Notes under the pieces: model-generated | The model's database searches: none | What the model saw: only the letters and a program-made list of their open reading frames with translations | What the model was told of the DNA's origin: nothing | DNA from: Strigamia acuminata | Lineage: Eukaryota | DNA length: 64,000 bases | Direction: 5' to 3' | NCBI GenBank assembly: GCA_949358305.1 | Contig: OX442314.1 | Location: forward strand, 4,960,001 to 5,024,000 | Program-made: the position numbers and the translations under genes | In this document: positions 37,986 to 58,000 of the stretch, one piece after another | Layout of the letters: the number at the start of each line of letters is the position of its first letter | Numbering within the stretch: position 1 is the first letter of the stretch

Positions 37986-38521
37986 TTACCATGTTTACAT
38001 GTACTCACTTATCTAGATAAGTGAAAATGCGAATTTTACTTTTCTAGAAAACTGATCATGTAAACAAATCAGTTTTCCAGAAAAGTCAAACTTATCTGGA
38101 AAACTAAAATCCACTTGTTTGAGGTAGATTTTGGGTGTTTTGCACATTGCCATTTGCAATGTAAACACCCACTCATTGTTTATCTAGATAAGCTGACGTC
38201 CAACAACGCTGTAATGCAACTGTTTAAAAACATGGCGGCAAAATGGAGCGAGCACAGTGCTTGCAATGTTAGAATGAATATTGTTAGATGGGATACACCA
38301 ACAAAACAAAACAATATTTTCCGAGGTTGGCGGGAAGACATATTGTTTGTGCACAGTGCATTGTGGATGATTAATGCGCAAGTTTAACAGAGAGTTAAAT
38401 ACGTCATACGACGTCACATTTTTAGAAAAACTGATTCTTTGTAAACGCATGCAGTTTTCTAGATAAGTAAAAGTTCGCATTTTTACTTATCTAGATAACT
38501 GGTAACATGTAAACATGGTAA
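37986..38521. mobile_element. Long-TIR MITE (possibly PIF/Harbinger-like)
   Basis: TTACCATGTTTACATGT..CTTATCTAGATAAGT at left is mirrored by ACTTATCTAGATAA..ACATGTAAACATGGTAA at right; roughly 100 bp of imperfect inverted repeat. Superfamily call is tentative. Confidence 0.65.
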
Positions 38522-40389
38522 TTGTCAACAATTCGTTATAGCGATAATTCGTTATATCGCGATTCGTTATAAAGAGTTTCGACTGTACTTCATTTGAATT
38601 CCCAGGGACTGCTAAATCAGATCTACTTGGAATAGGGCTTGACACCTATAATTTTAATACATTTTAATGTTTGAAATCTGCTTTTGTCATTATAGTCAAT
38701 ATATTTACGAAAAGTATGCCTGGGGGACAGAATTGTGGTCGATTGAACCACATTTTCAATTTGCCGTATAAATTTCGACCCGTAATATTTTCTATAAAAC
38801 ACCAAATGACTCCTAGGAGGAGTTTATTGCAGTTAATAGTCGATCATAACTTACCAACCGTTATCACAGTGCAGGTTCCCTGAATGGACAATTCATTCCT
38901 TATTCTGATATTTGGTTTGTCCATTGATTTCTGTAAGAAGTCTGCTGTTTTATATCTTAGTTGCCAAAATAAATTGGGTTTTCCTTACCGAAATAAATTC
39001 AGTTTTGTTTAACACAGGTTGATCAATATCCCATAATGCAGCCAAGTTGACATTTTCATTACCAATTAACTTGAATAGATTGTTCGCACAATCGAGTGAT
39101 TCTATTGGTGTTGAGTGTAAAATATTTTTCCACGCATTTCGTACTTATTCGTTTTCAGTCGTGCATACTTTGATAGCTGGAAATGACATCTTTTAATTAA
39201 TTAATCAAATTAATTTTCAATTTGTTGTCGTTTTCGAGATAACGATTTTTCCGAGCAAAACTGGTTGAAAGTTGTTATTTCATAATTATCTGAAAACATG
39301 TGACCGCTTGGCCAATGGCCACCCACGGTGACCTATGTCACTGCCACACACCGCCCAGTGGCCCTAAGGTCATTCCCCTTGCGGGTGGACTGACCCTGTG
39401 TAGGGAAGGATGGAACTGAGTGGTGGTGGATGGAGCAGAGTGTCACTGACCGTGACAGAGGAGAGAGCTGACCACCGTAGAGAGAAGACGTGTGAAGAGG
39501 GTCCTGCGCCAGCAAGGGGAACCGAGTCTGGTGCTGACTGTGCTCTCCTCACCATTCACCACTGCGACACTCAGTAGTATGGCGATGGGCCTGCTACAGC
39601 CTCCATGAGCGGTTGCGAGGGTCATACTGAGAGTAAGTACGACACGAATGTTATGTTTAACCGACCTCGCCATACATGGGGTTCACATCCTGTGTGCGAT
39701 GGGTCGGTTGCCAGTGCGTGGTGACAGGATTTTCCAATCCCTAGACAACGTATATTAAAGGCCACCAACCAACAATATGGAGCCTCTTGAACTCTGACCA
39801 GCAACCCCTGCACACTGATCACTTTTCCTGCAGCGCAATGCACTTGGCGCAGTTCTCGCATCTCGCGGGCAACCAGGTGGAGCTGCGGGCCCTTGATTGA
39901 CCTTTGCTCAGGTCCCGGTGGTTGAGAACCCCACCGGTGCTTGTTTTTCTTAAAAAATAAGTAGTAATTTATTTCCCAAAATTTCCTACATTGGCAATAG
40001 TTTGTAAAGCTTCTAGAATTAATTATAAACTTCAACTCAAGAGGTAATCCCGACTCGAATCGGATCTTGTCTTTGGAATGAAATGCATTTTTAAAACAAA
40101 TAAAAACAAACAAAAATGATTCTACGATTCAAATTGAAAAGAAAAATGTCAACTTTCTAAACCTTGCGTGATAAATTGATAATATAACATTACACTCTGT
40201 TCGTTAAAATCTTGTAAACGGTAAAAATATTTACATATTCACATCATTAATAGAAATGTACATTTAAACACAAAAATGGCAGCTTTGATTAAGACTAGTC
40301 ACTATTTTACATTTAAAAAAAGAAAGGGAAAACAGGAAAATCTTTGGCAATAAAAACGAAGAAAAGGTTTAAAATCCCCGATAAATGTC

Positions 40390-45604
<5,215 letters not shown>

Positions 45605-46027
45605 CCTTTGTAAAATCTTGTCCTAGCGACACCCAGACACCCCGTCTGCTCCCTTGTCTTTAAACCGCCCTCACCGGAAACGGAATGACCCAACTCCGGA
45701 AGTCGTGCCGATATTATCGCCGAACCAGGCGCGGTCGTCCGAAAATAAAGACTAAAATGTAAAAAATATCGGTGTTAACCGAATAAATTGACACGAATAA
45801 ATGAAAATATCATTTTTAAATAATTTTATGTTAAATTTTAAAGTAATTAATCGTAATTTTGTTTTAAATTTCAATATAAGCCATTAGTTTATTATCGAGC
45901 GGTGGGTCTGGCACCTCAATGGTTTCTTTGACGTGAGTTTTATTCGCGCGGTTTGTGCGGTGTTTAAAATACGATTTTTCCCGTTTCAGAGCGCAAATAA
46001 TCGGCAAATCTGGATGTGAGTAAGGAA
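45605..46027. promoter_or_regulatory. Probable bidirectional promoter between GALNT2 and ANAPC1
   Basis: 423 bp between divergent ATGs; GC-richer core at 45630-45745 with ETS-type CCGGAA/CCGGAAGT motifs (about 45674, 45696). Confidence 0.7.
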
Positions 46028-49000
46028 ATGATTGCAGCAGGCGACCTTCAGGATTTCGCACCGTTCGGCCGCGAGTATTTTCGCCAGCACCCGAAAGATA
46101 TTTCAGCGCCGGTCCAACTCGAGCGGACTACGGTGGCCCAGAGGACCCGGAACGTCGTCGGGCATGGGCGGTCAGATTTGGGGATTCAACTCGTTACGGC
46201 GCTCAAAGGGGTTTCTCTGAAGGATAAACAAGAAGTAGAGAGTTGGATTTGACGTTTTTTAAGTTTATTTTGTTTGTTTTAATTTTATTTTGTGTGTTTT
46301 TTGTTTGGTTTGTAGGTGGGGAAGGAGAAATGGCGGATTCGCGGTGATCCGGGTTCCGATGAGATAAATTATGAAGAGGAGTTGTATTTTTATGATCGGA
46401 CGGTCGTGTGGAGTAAAGGGAATGTTTGCAAGAATCGTGTGGTGTATAAGACGTTCACGGTTAATTATCCGGTGCAACAGGTAATTGTGGGTTTTGGTGC
46501 TGTTTGGTTGTGATTTTTGGTGCGATTTGTTTTGATTTTAATGAAATTTGTTGAAAATAGTTGAAAGGAATTTAATTTTGAAGAAAATTCTGTGAAATTT
46601 TTAGAAAATTGTTGAAATTTGGTGAAAAATTGTTGAAAAATCGACGGATTTGATCAAAAATTGTTGAAAAATCGACAGATTTGGTCAAAAATTGTTGAAA
46701 AATCGACAGATTTGATCGAAAATTGTTGAAAAATCGACAGATTTGGTCAGAAATTGTTGAAAAATCGACATATTTGATCAAAAATTGTTGAAAAATCGAC
46801 GGATTTGATCAAAAATTGTTGAAAAATCGACAGATTTGATCGAAAATTGTTGAAAAATCGACGGATTTGATCGAAAATTGTTGAAAAATCGATAGATTTG
46901 TATAAATCTATTGATTTTTCACAATTTTGAAGAAATATTGACAGATTTAATGAAAAATCAACAGATTTGATCAAAAATTGTTGAAAAATCGACAGATTTG
47001 ATCAAAAATTGTTGAAAAATCGACAGATTTGATCAAAAATTGTTGAAAAATCGACAGATTTGATCAAAATTATTGAAAAATCGACAGATTTGATCAAAAA
47101 TTGTTGAAAAATTGACAGATTTGGTCAAAAATTGTTGAAAAATCGACAGATTTGATCAAAAATTGTTGAAAAATCGACAGTTTTGGTCAAAAATTGTTGC
47201 AAAATCGACAGATTTGATGAAATATCGACAGATTTGATGAAATATTGACAGATTTGATGAAATATCGACAGATTTGATGAAATATCGACAGATTTGATAA
47301 AATATCGACAGATTTGATCAAAAATTATTGAAAAATCGATAGATTTGATGAAATATCGACAGATTTGATGAAAAATTGACAGATTTGGTCAAAAATTGTT
47401 GAAAAATCGACAGATTTGATGAAATATCGACAGATTTGATGAAAAATCGACAGTTTTGGTCAAAAATTGTTGAAAAATCGACAGATTTGATGAAATATCG
47501 ACAGATTTGATGAAATGTCGACAGATTTGATAAAATATCGACAGATTTGATCAAAAATTATTGAAAAATCGATAGATTTGATGAAATATCGACAGATTTG
47601 ATCAAAAATCAACAGATTTGATGTAAAACATGCTAAAAAATCGACAGATTTGATGAAAAACTACAAAAATTTCATGAAAAACCCTCAAAAAACCTCAAAG
47701 TTAACCTTTCCTAATTTCTCCAAAGGCCCTTTGGTGCGACATCTACACCGCCACCAACAAACCGCAAATCGACACCGACTACACCGACGAAACCACAGGT
47801 TAAAAACACCAAAAAATCGCACAAAAATCACTCTTCACGAACCATTCTCGCATCTCTCTCCAACAGAAGGAAAACGCGAACCGGCAGTTTGCATCATGGA
47901 CACGTCAAACCTCAATTATTTCACCACAAACGGCCAGGAATACATCACAGCTTTACCCTTCCAAGTAAATCAAATTATAAACGTCCCCGGCGTTTAATTA
48001 GAAACAAACGATTGTTTGCAGGTCGTCCAAGCGTGGCCGATGAAATACGGCGTGCTCTTGGAACGAGCGGTCACAGTATCGGAGACGAAAAATACGAAAA
48101 AGTACGAAAAGAAAATTACATTTTATTGATTTAATTTTAAATAGAAGAAAATTACGTGAAATTTGTCGAAAATTGTTGAAATTTGTCGAAATTTGTTGAA
48201 ATTTATCGAAAATTGTTGAAATTTATCGAAAATTGTTGAAATTTATCGAAAATTGTTGAAATTTATCGAAAATTGTTGAAATTTATCGAAAATTGTTGAA
48301 ATTTATCGAAAATTGTTGAAATTTATCGAAAATTGTTGAAATTTCGTGAAAAATTGTTGAAATTTCGTGAAAAATTGTTGAAATTTAACGAAAAATATTG
48401 AAATTTATCGAAAAATGTTGAAATTTCGTGAAAAATTATTGAAATTTATCGAAAATTGTTGAAATTTCGTGAAAAATTATTGAAATTTATCGAAAATTGT
48501 TGAAATTTCGTGAAAAATTGTTGAAAAATCGACAGATTTGATAAAAAATTGTTGAAAAATCGACAGATTTGATGATAAATCAACAGATTTGATGAAAAAT
48601 CAACAGATTTGATGTAAAAAAAATGCTGAAAAATCGACAGATTTGATGAAAAACAATTGAAATTTCACGAAAAAACCTCGAAAACGTCAAAATTAATTTA
48701 TGGTATTTTATCTATTTAATTTACTTTTTTATTTCAGTGATAAATCAGATCGGGATCGCGACCGGGTGAAACTGCCCACCATATTTAGTTTGCTTCATCC
48801 GTTGGACGAAATTACGCCGGTGGTTAAAAGTCAGGGTGCGAAATTGTTTAATTTTCATTTTTAATTTTAATTTTTTCAACCTTACAGCAGAATTGTTGAA
48901 TGTTTTTGCAATTTGTTATTCGCAGGTAGTCCGAAGTCGTCGTTTCTGTCCGACCCGGACATGCAGATAGTGTTCACGAGCACAAATCCTTCGTTCGTGA

Positions 49001-52000
49001 TGTTTTATAACCGCAAAACGGGAATCCATTCCGTTCACAGCATTCGTCGCATCAAGGCCGACGTAAACTCCATTTGACATTTTGCAAGAAACAAAAAGCA
49101 TCAAAATCAACTATTTTAGCTTTTTTATCGGCTCAATATCCTACAAAACCCCGTTAAAACGAACAATTTTAGCGATTTTCGGCTAAATTTACTACGAAAT
49201 CCCGTTAAAACGAACAATTTTAGCGATTTTCGGCTAAATTTACTACGAAATCCCGTTAAAACGAATAATTTTAGCGATTTTCGGCTAAATTTACTACGAA
49301 ATCCCGTTAAAACGAACAATTTTAGCGATTTTCGGTAAATTTGCTGTGAAATAACGTTATAGCGAACAATTTTTAACGATTTCTCGCTAAATTTGTTTTA
49401 AAACACTTTTATAACGAATTTTGTGAGCATCTTAAGGCTTAATTTACTACAAAACCCGTTATAACGGAATATTTTATTGGTTTTAGGCTAAATGTGCTAT
49501 AAAATATCGTTATAACGAACTATTTTAACGATTTTCAGCTAAATGTGCTATAAAATATCGTTATAACGGAATATTTTAACGATTTTCAGCTAAATTTGCT
49601 ATAAAATATCGTTATAATGAACAATTTTAACGATTTTCAGCCAAATTTGCTGTAAAACCCGTTATAACGAATTCCATTAGCAATTTAAGGCTAAAATCGC
49701 TATAAAATACCACGATAACGAACCCTTTTACTTTTTGTAACGCTAAATTTACCCCAACATCCCGTTACAACGAATTTCCCTTCAACAGGAACTGAACTAC
49801 GGGACGCATTTCAACGAAAACATAACCGGTCAGGGCGTGTCGCTGCTCTCGACGACCGGGTCCGCATCGCGGCTGTCGTCCAACACAATTTCCTACTCGT
49901 CCGCGATGAGGAGTTTCACGCATCTCTCGCCGCTGCACTCGCACTCGCAGAGCTTCTCGGGCCTCGCGCAAATGGCGGCGCTCAGGTAAGATTCATTCGC
50001 CGATGAAGCCGCCATTTTGTTTGATGGGGATTGAATTTGGGTGGTTTGTTTCAGCCGTTCGCAATCTCCGTCCGCTTGCGAAGGACAGCCGTACCATCGC
50101 TATCCGTACACGCTTTCGTCGAGGAGTACGACCGAGTGTACGATGATGGAGACTAACGGCGATCAAGCGAAGCCGCTTCCGCCCGATATTATTCTCGATC
50201 TGCTTTGGATAGACACGCCGAATGTGTTCAGGTGGTGAGATAGATTCGTGTGGTGTGATGTTTATTAACGATTTATTGCGATTTTGTGTGTAATTAAGAC
50301 GTTTTATCACGATTTATTGCGATTTTGTGTGAAATTAAGACGTTTTATCACAATTTACTGCGATTTTGTGTGAAATTACGATTTTTTTAACGATTTATTG
50401 CGATTTTTTAACGATTTATTGCGATTTTGTGTGTAATTAAGACGTTTTATCACGATTTATTGCGATTTTGTGTGAAATTAAGACGTTTTATCACAATTTA
50501 CTGCGATTTTGTGTGAAATTACGATTTTTTTAACGATTTATTGCGATTTTTTAACGATTTATTGCGATTTTGTGTGAAATTACAACATTTTATCACAATT
50601 TACTGCGATTTTGTGTGAAATTACGATTTGTTAACGATATTTTTAAACGATTTATTGCAATTATTTGCCAAATTACGGTATTGTCTAACGATAAATATTA
50701 TGATTTTGACAAATTACGGTATTTTCTAACGATAAATATTGTGATTTTGACAAACTACGGTATTTTGAAACGATAAATATTGTGATTTGACAAATTACGG
50801 TATTTTGTAACGATTTTGTGTGAAATTACAACATTTTATCACAATATACTGCGATTTTGTGAGAAATTACGATATTTTCTAACGATATATCGTGATTTTG
50901 TGTGAAATTACGATATTTCCTAACGATTTGTTGCGATTTTTAGAGAAATTACGTTATTATCTACCGATATATCGTAATTTCACACACAATTACCATATTT
51001 TTGACAATAAATCCTGATTTTAACAAATTACGTTATTCTTAACAATAATGTATCCTGATTTTAACAAATTACGGTATTTACAAACGATTTATCGCAATTG
51101 TTTGCCAAATTACGGTATTTTGTAACGATAAATATTGTGATTTTGACAAACTACGGTATTTTCTAACGATAAATATTGTGATTTTGACAAATTACGGTAT
51201 TTTGTAACTATAAGTATTGTGATTTTGTACAAATTCCGATAATTTCTAACGATTTATTGCAATTTTATGATAAATTCCGGTATTTTCTAACGATTCATCT
51301 CGGATTTTTTCACAAATCATGACAATTCTAAACGATTTATCACGATTGGCAGGCAACCGGAAGAAGTAACCACGACCAACGCGTTTCTAACGAGCAATTT
51401 TGTCGACGAGCGCTTTTTCTGCTTCGTCGTTTCCAACCACAACCAACTCAAGATGATTAAATTTGTGGAAAGCGACGCAAACACAGTCACGTTCGGCACC
51501 GTCACCACCACCATCAACGCTCGCGACGCCGTCCCATTAGAAGTGAATTAAATCGGATTAAATTGGTTTAATTAATTGAAATAATTTGATTTTGTTGCAG
51601 AATTGTAAAATGATGTTAGTTTTGGAAGTGGGCTACACCTTTTTTTTGTATTCCGGGAGCAGCAAAGTGTGTAAAGTGTACATTCCGAGCGCGCCGTCGC
51701 CATTTTCGAATATTGAAACGCCGCATCGGTATCCGATCGTCAGCTCGCGACGAACGAGCCTCGCAGCGGCCAACCAGTCGCTTCTTGCGATGGACGACGA
51801 TGTAAATTGGCGAGGAAGACGTTGAGATTGGTGTTTTACGTTGGAAAATTTGTTGAAAATCAAATTTTGGATTGGAAAATTGTTATAAATCAAATTTAGG
51901 ATTGGAAAATTATTAAAAATTGAATTTTCTTGTAAACAAACGTTAAAATTTGAATTTTAGATTATAAAAAGTTTAAAATCCAAATTTACAATTCCAAAAA

Positions 52001-55000
52001 ACGTTAAAATCCGAATTTACAATTTAAAAAATGTTAAAATCTGATTTTTCAATTGCAAAAACGTTAAAATCCGAATTTTAGTTGCAAAACGTTAAAATCC
52101 GAATTTTAGTTGCAAAACGTTAAAATCCGAATTTACAATTCAAAAAATGTTAAAATCCGAATTTATAATTCAAAAAATGTTAAAATCCGAATTTATAATT
52201 CAAAAAATGTTAAAATCCGATTTTTTCAATTGCAAAAACGTTAAAATCCGATTTTTTCAATTGCAAAAACGTTAAAATCCGATTTTTTAATTGCAAAAAC
52301 GCTAAATTCCGAATTTACAATTCAAAAAACATTAAATTCCGAATTTACAATTCAAAAAGCGTTGTAATTTGATTTTTAGTTGCAAAAACGTTAAAATCCG
52401 AATTTATAATTCAAAAAACGTTAAAATCCGAATTTATAATTCAAAAAACGTTAAAATCCGAATTTTCAATTGCAAAACGTTAAAATCCGAATTTATAATT
52501 CAAAAAACGTTAAAATCCGAATTTATAATTAAAAAAACGTTAAAATCCGAATTTATAATTAAAAAAACGTTAAAATCCGAATTTTCAATTGCAAAAACGT
52601 TAAAACCCGAATTTACAATTCAAAAAACGTTAAAATTCGACTTTCCAATAGAAAAAAAACCCAGAAAATTCCAAATTTTCAAACGAAATAAATAACCCTT
52701 AAAAGCCAAATTTTTCGAACGATAAACCCTAAAAATTGCAAAACCCCAACTAAAAAATTTCCATTTTCCAGGGCCAATTTCTATCACCCGTCGTCGCCGA
52801 CTTGAACGACAAATCGCACCACGAAACATCCTACTACGACGAACCCTGTTGTTCAACCAGCATCATCAAGCTGCACGATCCCGTCCACAACCGCGTCACC
52901 GTCGTACGTTATTCCCCAACAAATCCAAACACCCAAACTAACCCTAATCTCCCACAGGAAACCAGCAACAACGTTTTCCAACGAGTCACCATCCCCAAGC
53001 TCGTCGAATCATCACTCGGTAATTCCAACACGCTAAAACATCAAATTATCGATAATTAATCGATCTTTTTTCGATTGTTCGATTTTTTTTCGATTTTTTA
53101 AAATCTTTTTTTGTTTCCGATTTTTTTCGATTCTTTTTCGATTTTTTTCGATTCTTTTTCGATTTTTTTCGATTCTTTTTCGATTTTTTTCGATTCTTTT
53201 TCGATTTTTTTCGATTCTTTTTCGATTTTTTTCGATTCTTTTTCGATTTTTTTTTCGGTTTTTTTTCGATTTTTTTTCGGTTTTTTTTCGATTTTTTTCG
53301 ATTTTTTTTTATTTTTTTCGATTTTTTCAGTCGATTCTTGTCTGCAAGCTGCGCGGAGTATTCTGCCTCAAGATTTATCTGTGCAGTTGTACATCAAGTG
53401 GTACTCGACGGTCAACACGCTCGGGAACAGCCGGGACAACCGGTGCCACGAATGGTCGGTGTTTGTGGCGTGTTTGCTCGGACTGATGGGATACAATTTG
53501 GAACAGTTGGCCGTTGCCAAGCAACTGGAAATTAACCTGTCCTTCTCGCCCAGCGAAGTTGCCAAGAAGTTTAAAGGCGGCGATGGAGGATCGGAAGAGG
53601 TACGATGGGCCCCTGAGCCCCCAGGCCCCAAGATCTTTTCTTTGATTTTTATAAACTGCAAACTTATTTTATTTCCATACATTCCATGGCTTGGGCCCCA
53701 CTTTTGTCTTGGGCCCTGGGCCCCCACATTTTATTTTGGGCCCCGGGCCCCCAAACAAGTCTTATTTTATTTTCATAACCAAAGCTTTATGCTAATAATT
53801 TTATTCCATACGTTTTTCTAGTTTGGGCCCCACTTTTGTCATGGGCCCCGGGCCCCATCTTTGTCTTGGGGCCCGGGCCCCCACTTTTGTTTTGGGCCCC
53901 GGGCCCCAAAATATATTTTATTAAAGTAATTTTATTCCATACATTTTTCTAGCTTGTCGCCCCAGTTTTGAAATGGGCCCCGGGCCCCCAAAGATATTTT
54001 CTTTTTATTTTTCATTCCCACATTTATTTTATTCGCTAATTTTCTAAACATACATTTTTTTTAGGCACGGGGCCCCCACTTTTTTATTAGGGCCCGGGCC
54101 CCGGGCCCCTAAACATATTTTCTTTTTATTGCTAACACAACAATCTTATTATTTGTTTACTAATTTATTTCCCACACATTTTTCTGGTTTGGGGCCCCAC
54201 TTTTATCGCGGGCCTCGGGCCCCCAATGGGCCTCCAATGGGCCCCGGGCCCCCAATGGGCTCCGGGCCCCCAAATATGTTTTTTTTATTAATTTTTCACA
54301 CCCCAAACCTACAACATTTTCCAGGACTGGAATTATCTGCTGAACTCGCACCACAACGAGCAAAACAGTTGCATGATGTCGGATCTATTCGGCCTGCCGC
54401 CAAGCAGCGAGCATTCCTCCAAGATGGCGACCAGCGGGAACATCAACTCGCGCGCGCTGCTCTTTCCGCACATTCCCGCGCTTCTCTACGTCCTGCATTT
54501 GGTCTACGAGGAACTCAAACTCAAAGTGAACGCCTGGAACGACCTCGAAAGCATGGCGCCCCTGCTCATGCAACTGGCCAGGGATTTGCGAGCGCGGTCG
54601 TTTCTCGATTCCTATTGGCGCGATTTCCCGCGCTTGTACGTCGCGGACGAGCAGACGCAGATCCACGAGAACGTTCTGACGGAGATGTCGTACCCGGAAT
54701 ACTTGACTTTGGAGCCGCCGAGCGTGTTTGCGTGGATCCATCGGTGTTTGGGTCGGACCGATGTGGATCCGTTCCCGTACGTCGCCAATTTGAACCCGAA
54801 GACGGAAGTTGTCGTCACTGTAAGACGTTTGAAGTGGAGAGGAAGAGAGGACATTTTGTTTAGGTTTTTTGTTTGTTTTTGTAGTTGTTTGCGGCGATGA
54901 TGCACGGAAACAAATTCAACGAGGTTTCGTCGGAGGTTTATCTACGGAAAATTGGAGATTCAGGTTTGATATGCGTTGTGGTGTTGGTGCTTGGGGGGGG

Positions 55001-58000
55001 GGGGGGGGGGTGGGAGTTGGGGCATTAATGAATGAACGAAAAGGCAATTTTACATTATTTTTTTTCGTGTAAAAAGGGCATTGTTGGTTGAATTTTGTGT
55101 GGAAATGGCATTTTTATTTGTTTTTTCATGCAAAAACGGCATCTTTGCTTGTTTTTTGTGTAAAAATGGCATTTTTTAATTGTTTTTCTGTGCAAAAACG
55201 GCATCTTTGCTTGTTTTTTGTGTAAATTGGACGTTTTTGCTTGTTTTTAGGCGTAAATAGGTGTAAATTAGGCGTTTTAGCTTGTTTTTAGGCGTAAATA
55301 GATGTAAATTGGGCGTTTTAGCTCGTTTTTATGCGTAAATTATGCGTTTTTGCTGGTTTTTAAGTGTAAATTGGACGTTTTTGCTTGTTTTTTGTGTAAA
55401 AAGGGCATTATTGCTTGTATTTGGTGTAAAAATGGCATTATTGCTTGTATTTGGTGTAAAAATGGCATTATTGCTTTGTATTTGGTGTAAAAATAGCATT
55501 TTTATTTTTTTCTGTAAAAATGGTTTTTTTACAAGCTTATTGATGTAAAGAGAGCTATTATTTGCATGTTATGCGTGTAAAATGGGCATTTTTGCATTTA
55601 AAAAGTGCTATTTTTCTCCAAAAGCCCTTTTTTACACACAAAAAATGCATTTTGTATCTAAACGTGCAGAAAATGGATTCTTGTCCTTAATAATTTGTTT
55701 TTGTTAACATTTTCAGGATGTCATTTTTCGTCTACAAGTTTCACCGAAACAGATTTGCGGATTTCTTCGAGCGAACAATACAATGTCCACGAAATGTTGG
55801 TCATGTTGATGACCAAAATTGGTATAAAAAAAATATATATTAATAAAATTGTTGTTATTTTCGAAGTAATGTAATTTTTTAAAATTATTTGTAGGATTTA
55901 CGTTGAAGGATTTGGAAAATCTGCCGATTGGCGTCGCCCTGCCGCTGCGCAACGCGATATTCCAGTGTCGCCGCAATCCGCCGTCGTCGTGGTCGGAAGA
56001 GACGTACAATCTGATCGGCCGCGAAGATTTGCTCGTGCAGATCAAGAGCAACAAGAAGTCGCTCTACGAGAAACAGAACCGACCGACAACTAAAATGCCC
56101 AGCAAAAAGATGGCGCTGATCAAAGACGAAGATGACGGGATGGAAAATTTGGACTACGAAGTTTGTTGCAAAAGCTTTCTGTGGGGCCCAGAAATAACGA
56201 AATTTGTTGAAAAAAGTTGTATGGGGCCCATTTGTGTGGGGCCCGGGACCCAAAAATCACAAAATTTGAAGAAATTGATGAAAAAAATTGAGTGGGGCCC
56301 CGGGGACCCAGAAATTACAAAATTTGTTGAAAAAAGTTGTGTGGGACCCATTTGTGTGGGGTCCCGGGGCCCCAGAAATTGCAAAATTTGAAAAAATTGA
56401 TGAAAAATATTGAGTGGGGCCCCGGGGCTCAGAAATTACAAAATTTGTAGAAAAAAGTTGTGTGGGGCCCATTGCGTGGGACCCCGGGACCCAAAAATCA
56501 CAAAATTTTAAAAAATTGATGAAAAAAATTGAGTGGGGCCCCGGAAATTGGAAATTTTAAAAATGTGGGGCTCATTGTGTGGGGCCCTGGGGGCCCAGAA
56601 ATTACAAAATTTGTTGAAAAAAGTTGTGTGGGGCCCATTGTGTGGGGCCTACCCATTGTGTGGGGCCTACCCATTGTGTGGGGCCTACCCATTGTGTGGG
56701 GCCCAAAAATCACAACATTTGATGACAAAATTCGTGTGGGGCCCATTGTGTGGGGCCCATTGTGTGGGGCCCAAAAATCACAACATTTGATGACGAAATT
56801 CGTGTGGGGCCCAAAGTGTGGGGTCCAGGGGTCCAAAAAATCACCAAATTTGATGACAAAATTTGTGTGGGGCCTATTCTGTGGGGCCCAAGGGGCCCAA
56901 ATGTCACAAAATTGAAGAAAATTGAGTGGAGCCTGGAGGCCCAGAAATTACAAATTTTTTTGAATAAAGCTGTATGGGGCCCATTGTGTGGGGCCCTGGG
57001 GGCCCAGATTTTGCAAAGTTTGTTTTAAAAAAGCTGTGTGGGGCCCTTTGTGTGGGGCCCATTGTTTGGGGCCCAGGGGCCAAAAAATCATAAATTTTAT
57101 TTCACAACAAGAAAAATTTTTTTTTTATTGCAGGGGCCCGGGGCTCCACTTGCTTCGTTTATATTAATGATATTTTCTCAATTTGTTTGTAGATATTGAA
57201 AATGCGGTTTTCAAACGACCAGAGGGTCCACGAAGTGCGGCGTTTGCTTCAGTCGTCGAAACCCGTTCGGGTTTACATTTGCCAACGACAGGAAGTGAGC
57301 GATCACGACTTTGTGGAGGAGCAGGAACGGTTTTTGTACGGAATGTGTATGCGCACAATGGCGCTCTGTGTCGGGCGGTAAATTCAAATTTTGGAAAAAA
57401 AAATTTGAAAAAAAAATTTTAATTAAGTTTTTTTTTTACGTTTATTTAACAGAGGAATGTTTACGTTGCATACTTCGCGCCCGGTCGTGACCGAGACGTT
57501 GCCCATTCCGAAATTGTGTCTGACCGGTCGTGCGCCTCCGAAAAACACGACTGTCGATCTGTCGCACATTGATCCGCCGCCAAACATGAACACGTGGCCG
57601 CTTTTTCATAACGGTGTAGCGGCCGGACTGCGGATTTCGCCCTACGCTTCACAGGTTTGCCTTCCGCAAAGTGCATCTAATACGCGCCTTTTTTTTATTT
57701 TTAGCCGGTGAATTATTTGCATGAAAAGTCGATTTTTGACTAAAACTGCATTTTCCTACCCAAAAACTGCATTTTTCAACCCAAAAACTGCATTTCTTAC
57801 CCAAAAACTGCATTTTACTTCCCAAAAACTGCATTTTTCTACCCAAAAACTGCATTTTATTACCCAAAAACTGCATTTTTCTACCCAAAAACTGCATTTT
57901 TCTACCCAAAAACTGCATTTTTCTACCCAAAAACTGCATTTTTCTACCCAAAAACTGCATTTTTCTACCCAAAAACTGCATTTTAGAACCAAAAATGACA

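Larger units (their letters stand above)
36659..38585. mobile_element. pogo/Tigger-like MITE hosting two nested insertions
   Basis: TA|CAGTAGAAACTCTTTATAACGAA ... TTCGTTATAAAGAGTTTCGACTG|TA; repeated TTCGTTATAACGA subterminal motifs. Confidence 0.85.

Noticed and set aside
52904..52957. Stop-free in-frame 54-nt segment in ANAPC1 that could be coding
   Set aside because: Has GT..CAG ends and the A/C-rich composition of neighbouring introns; treated as an intron, though retention is not excluded.
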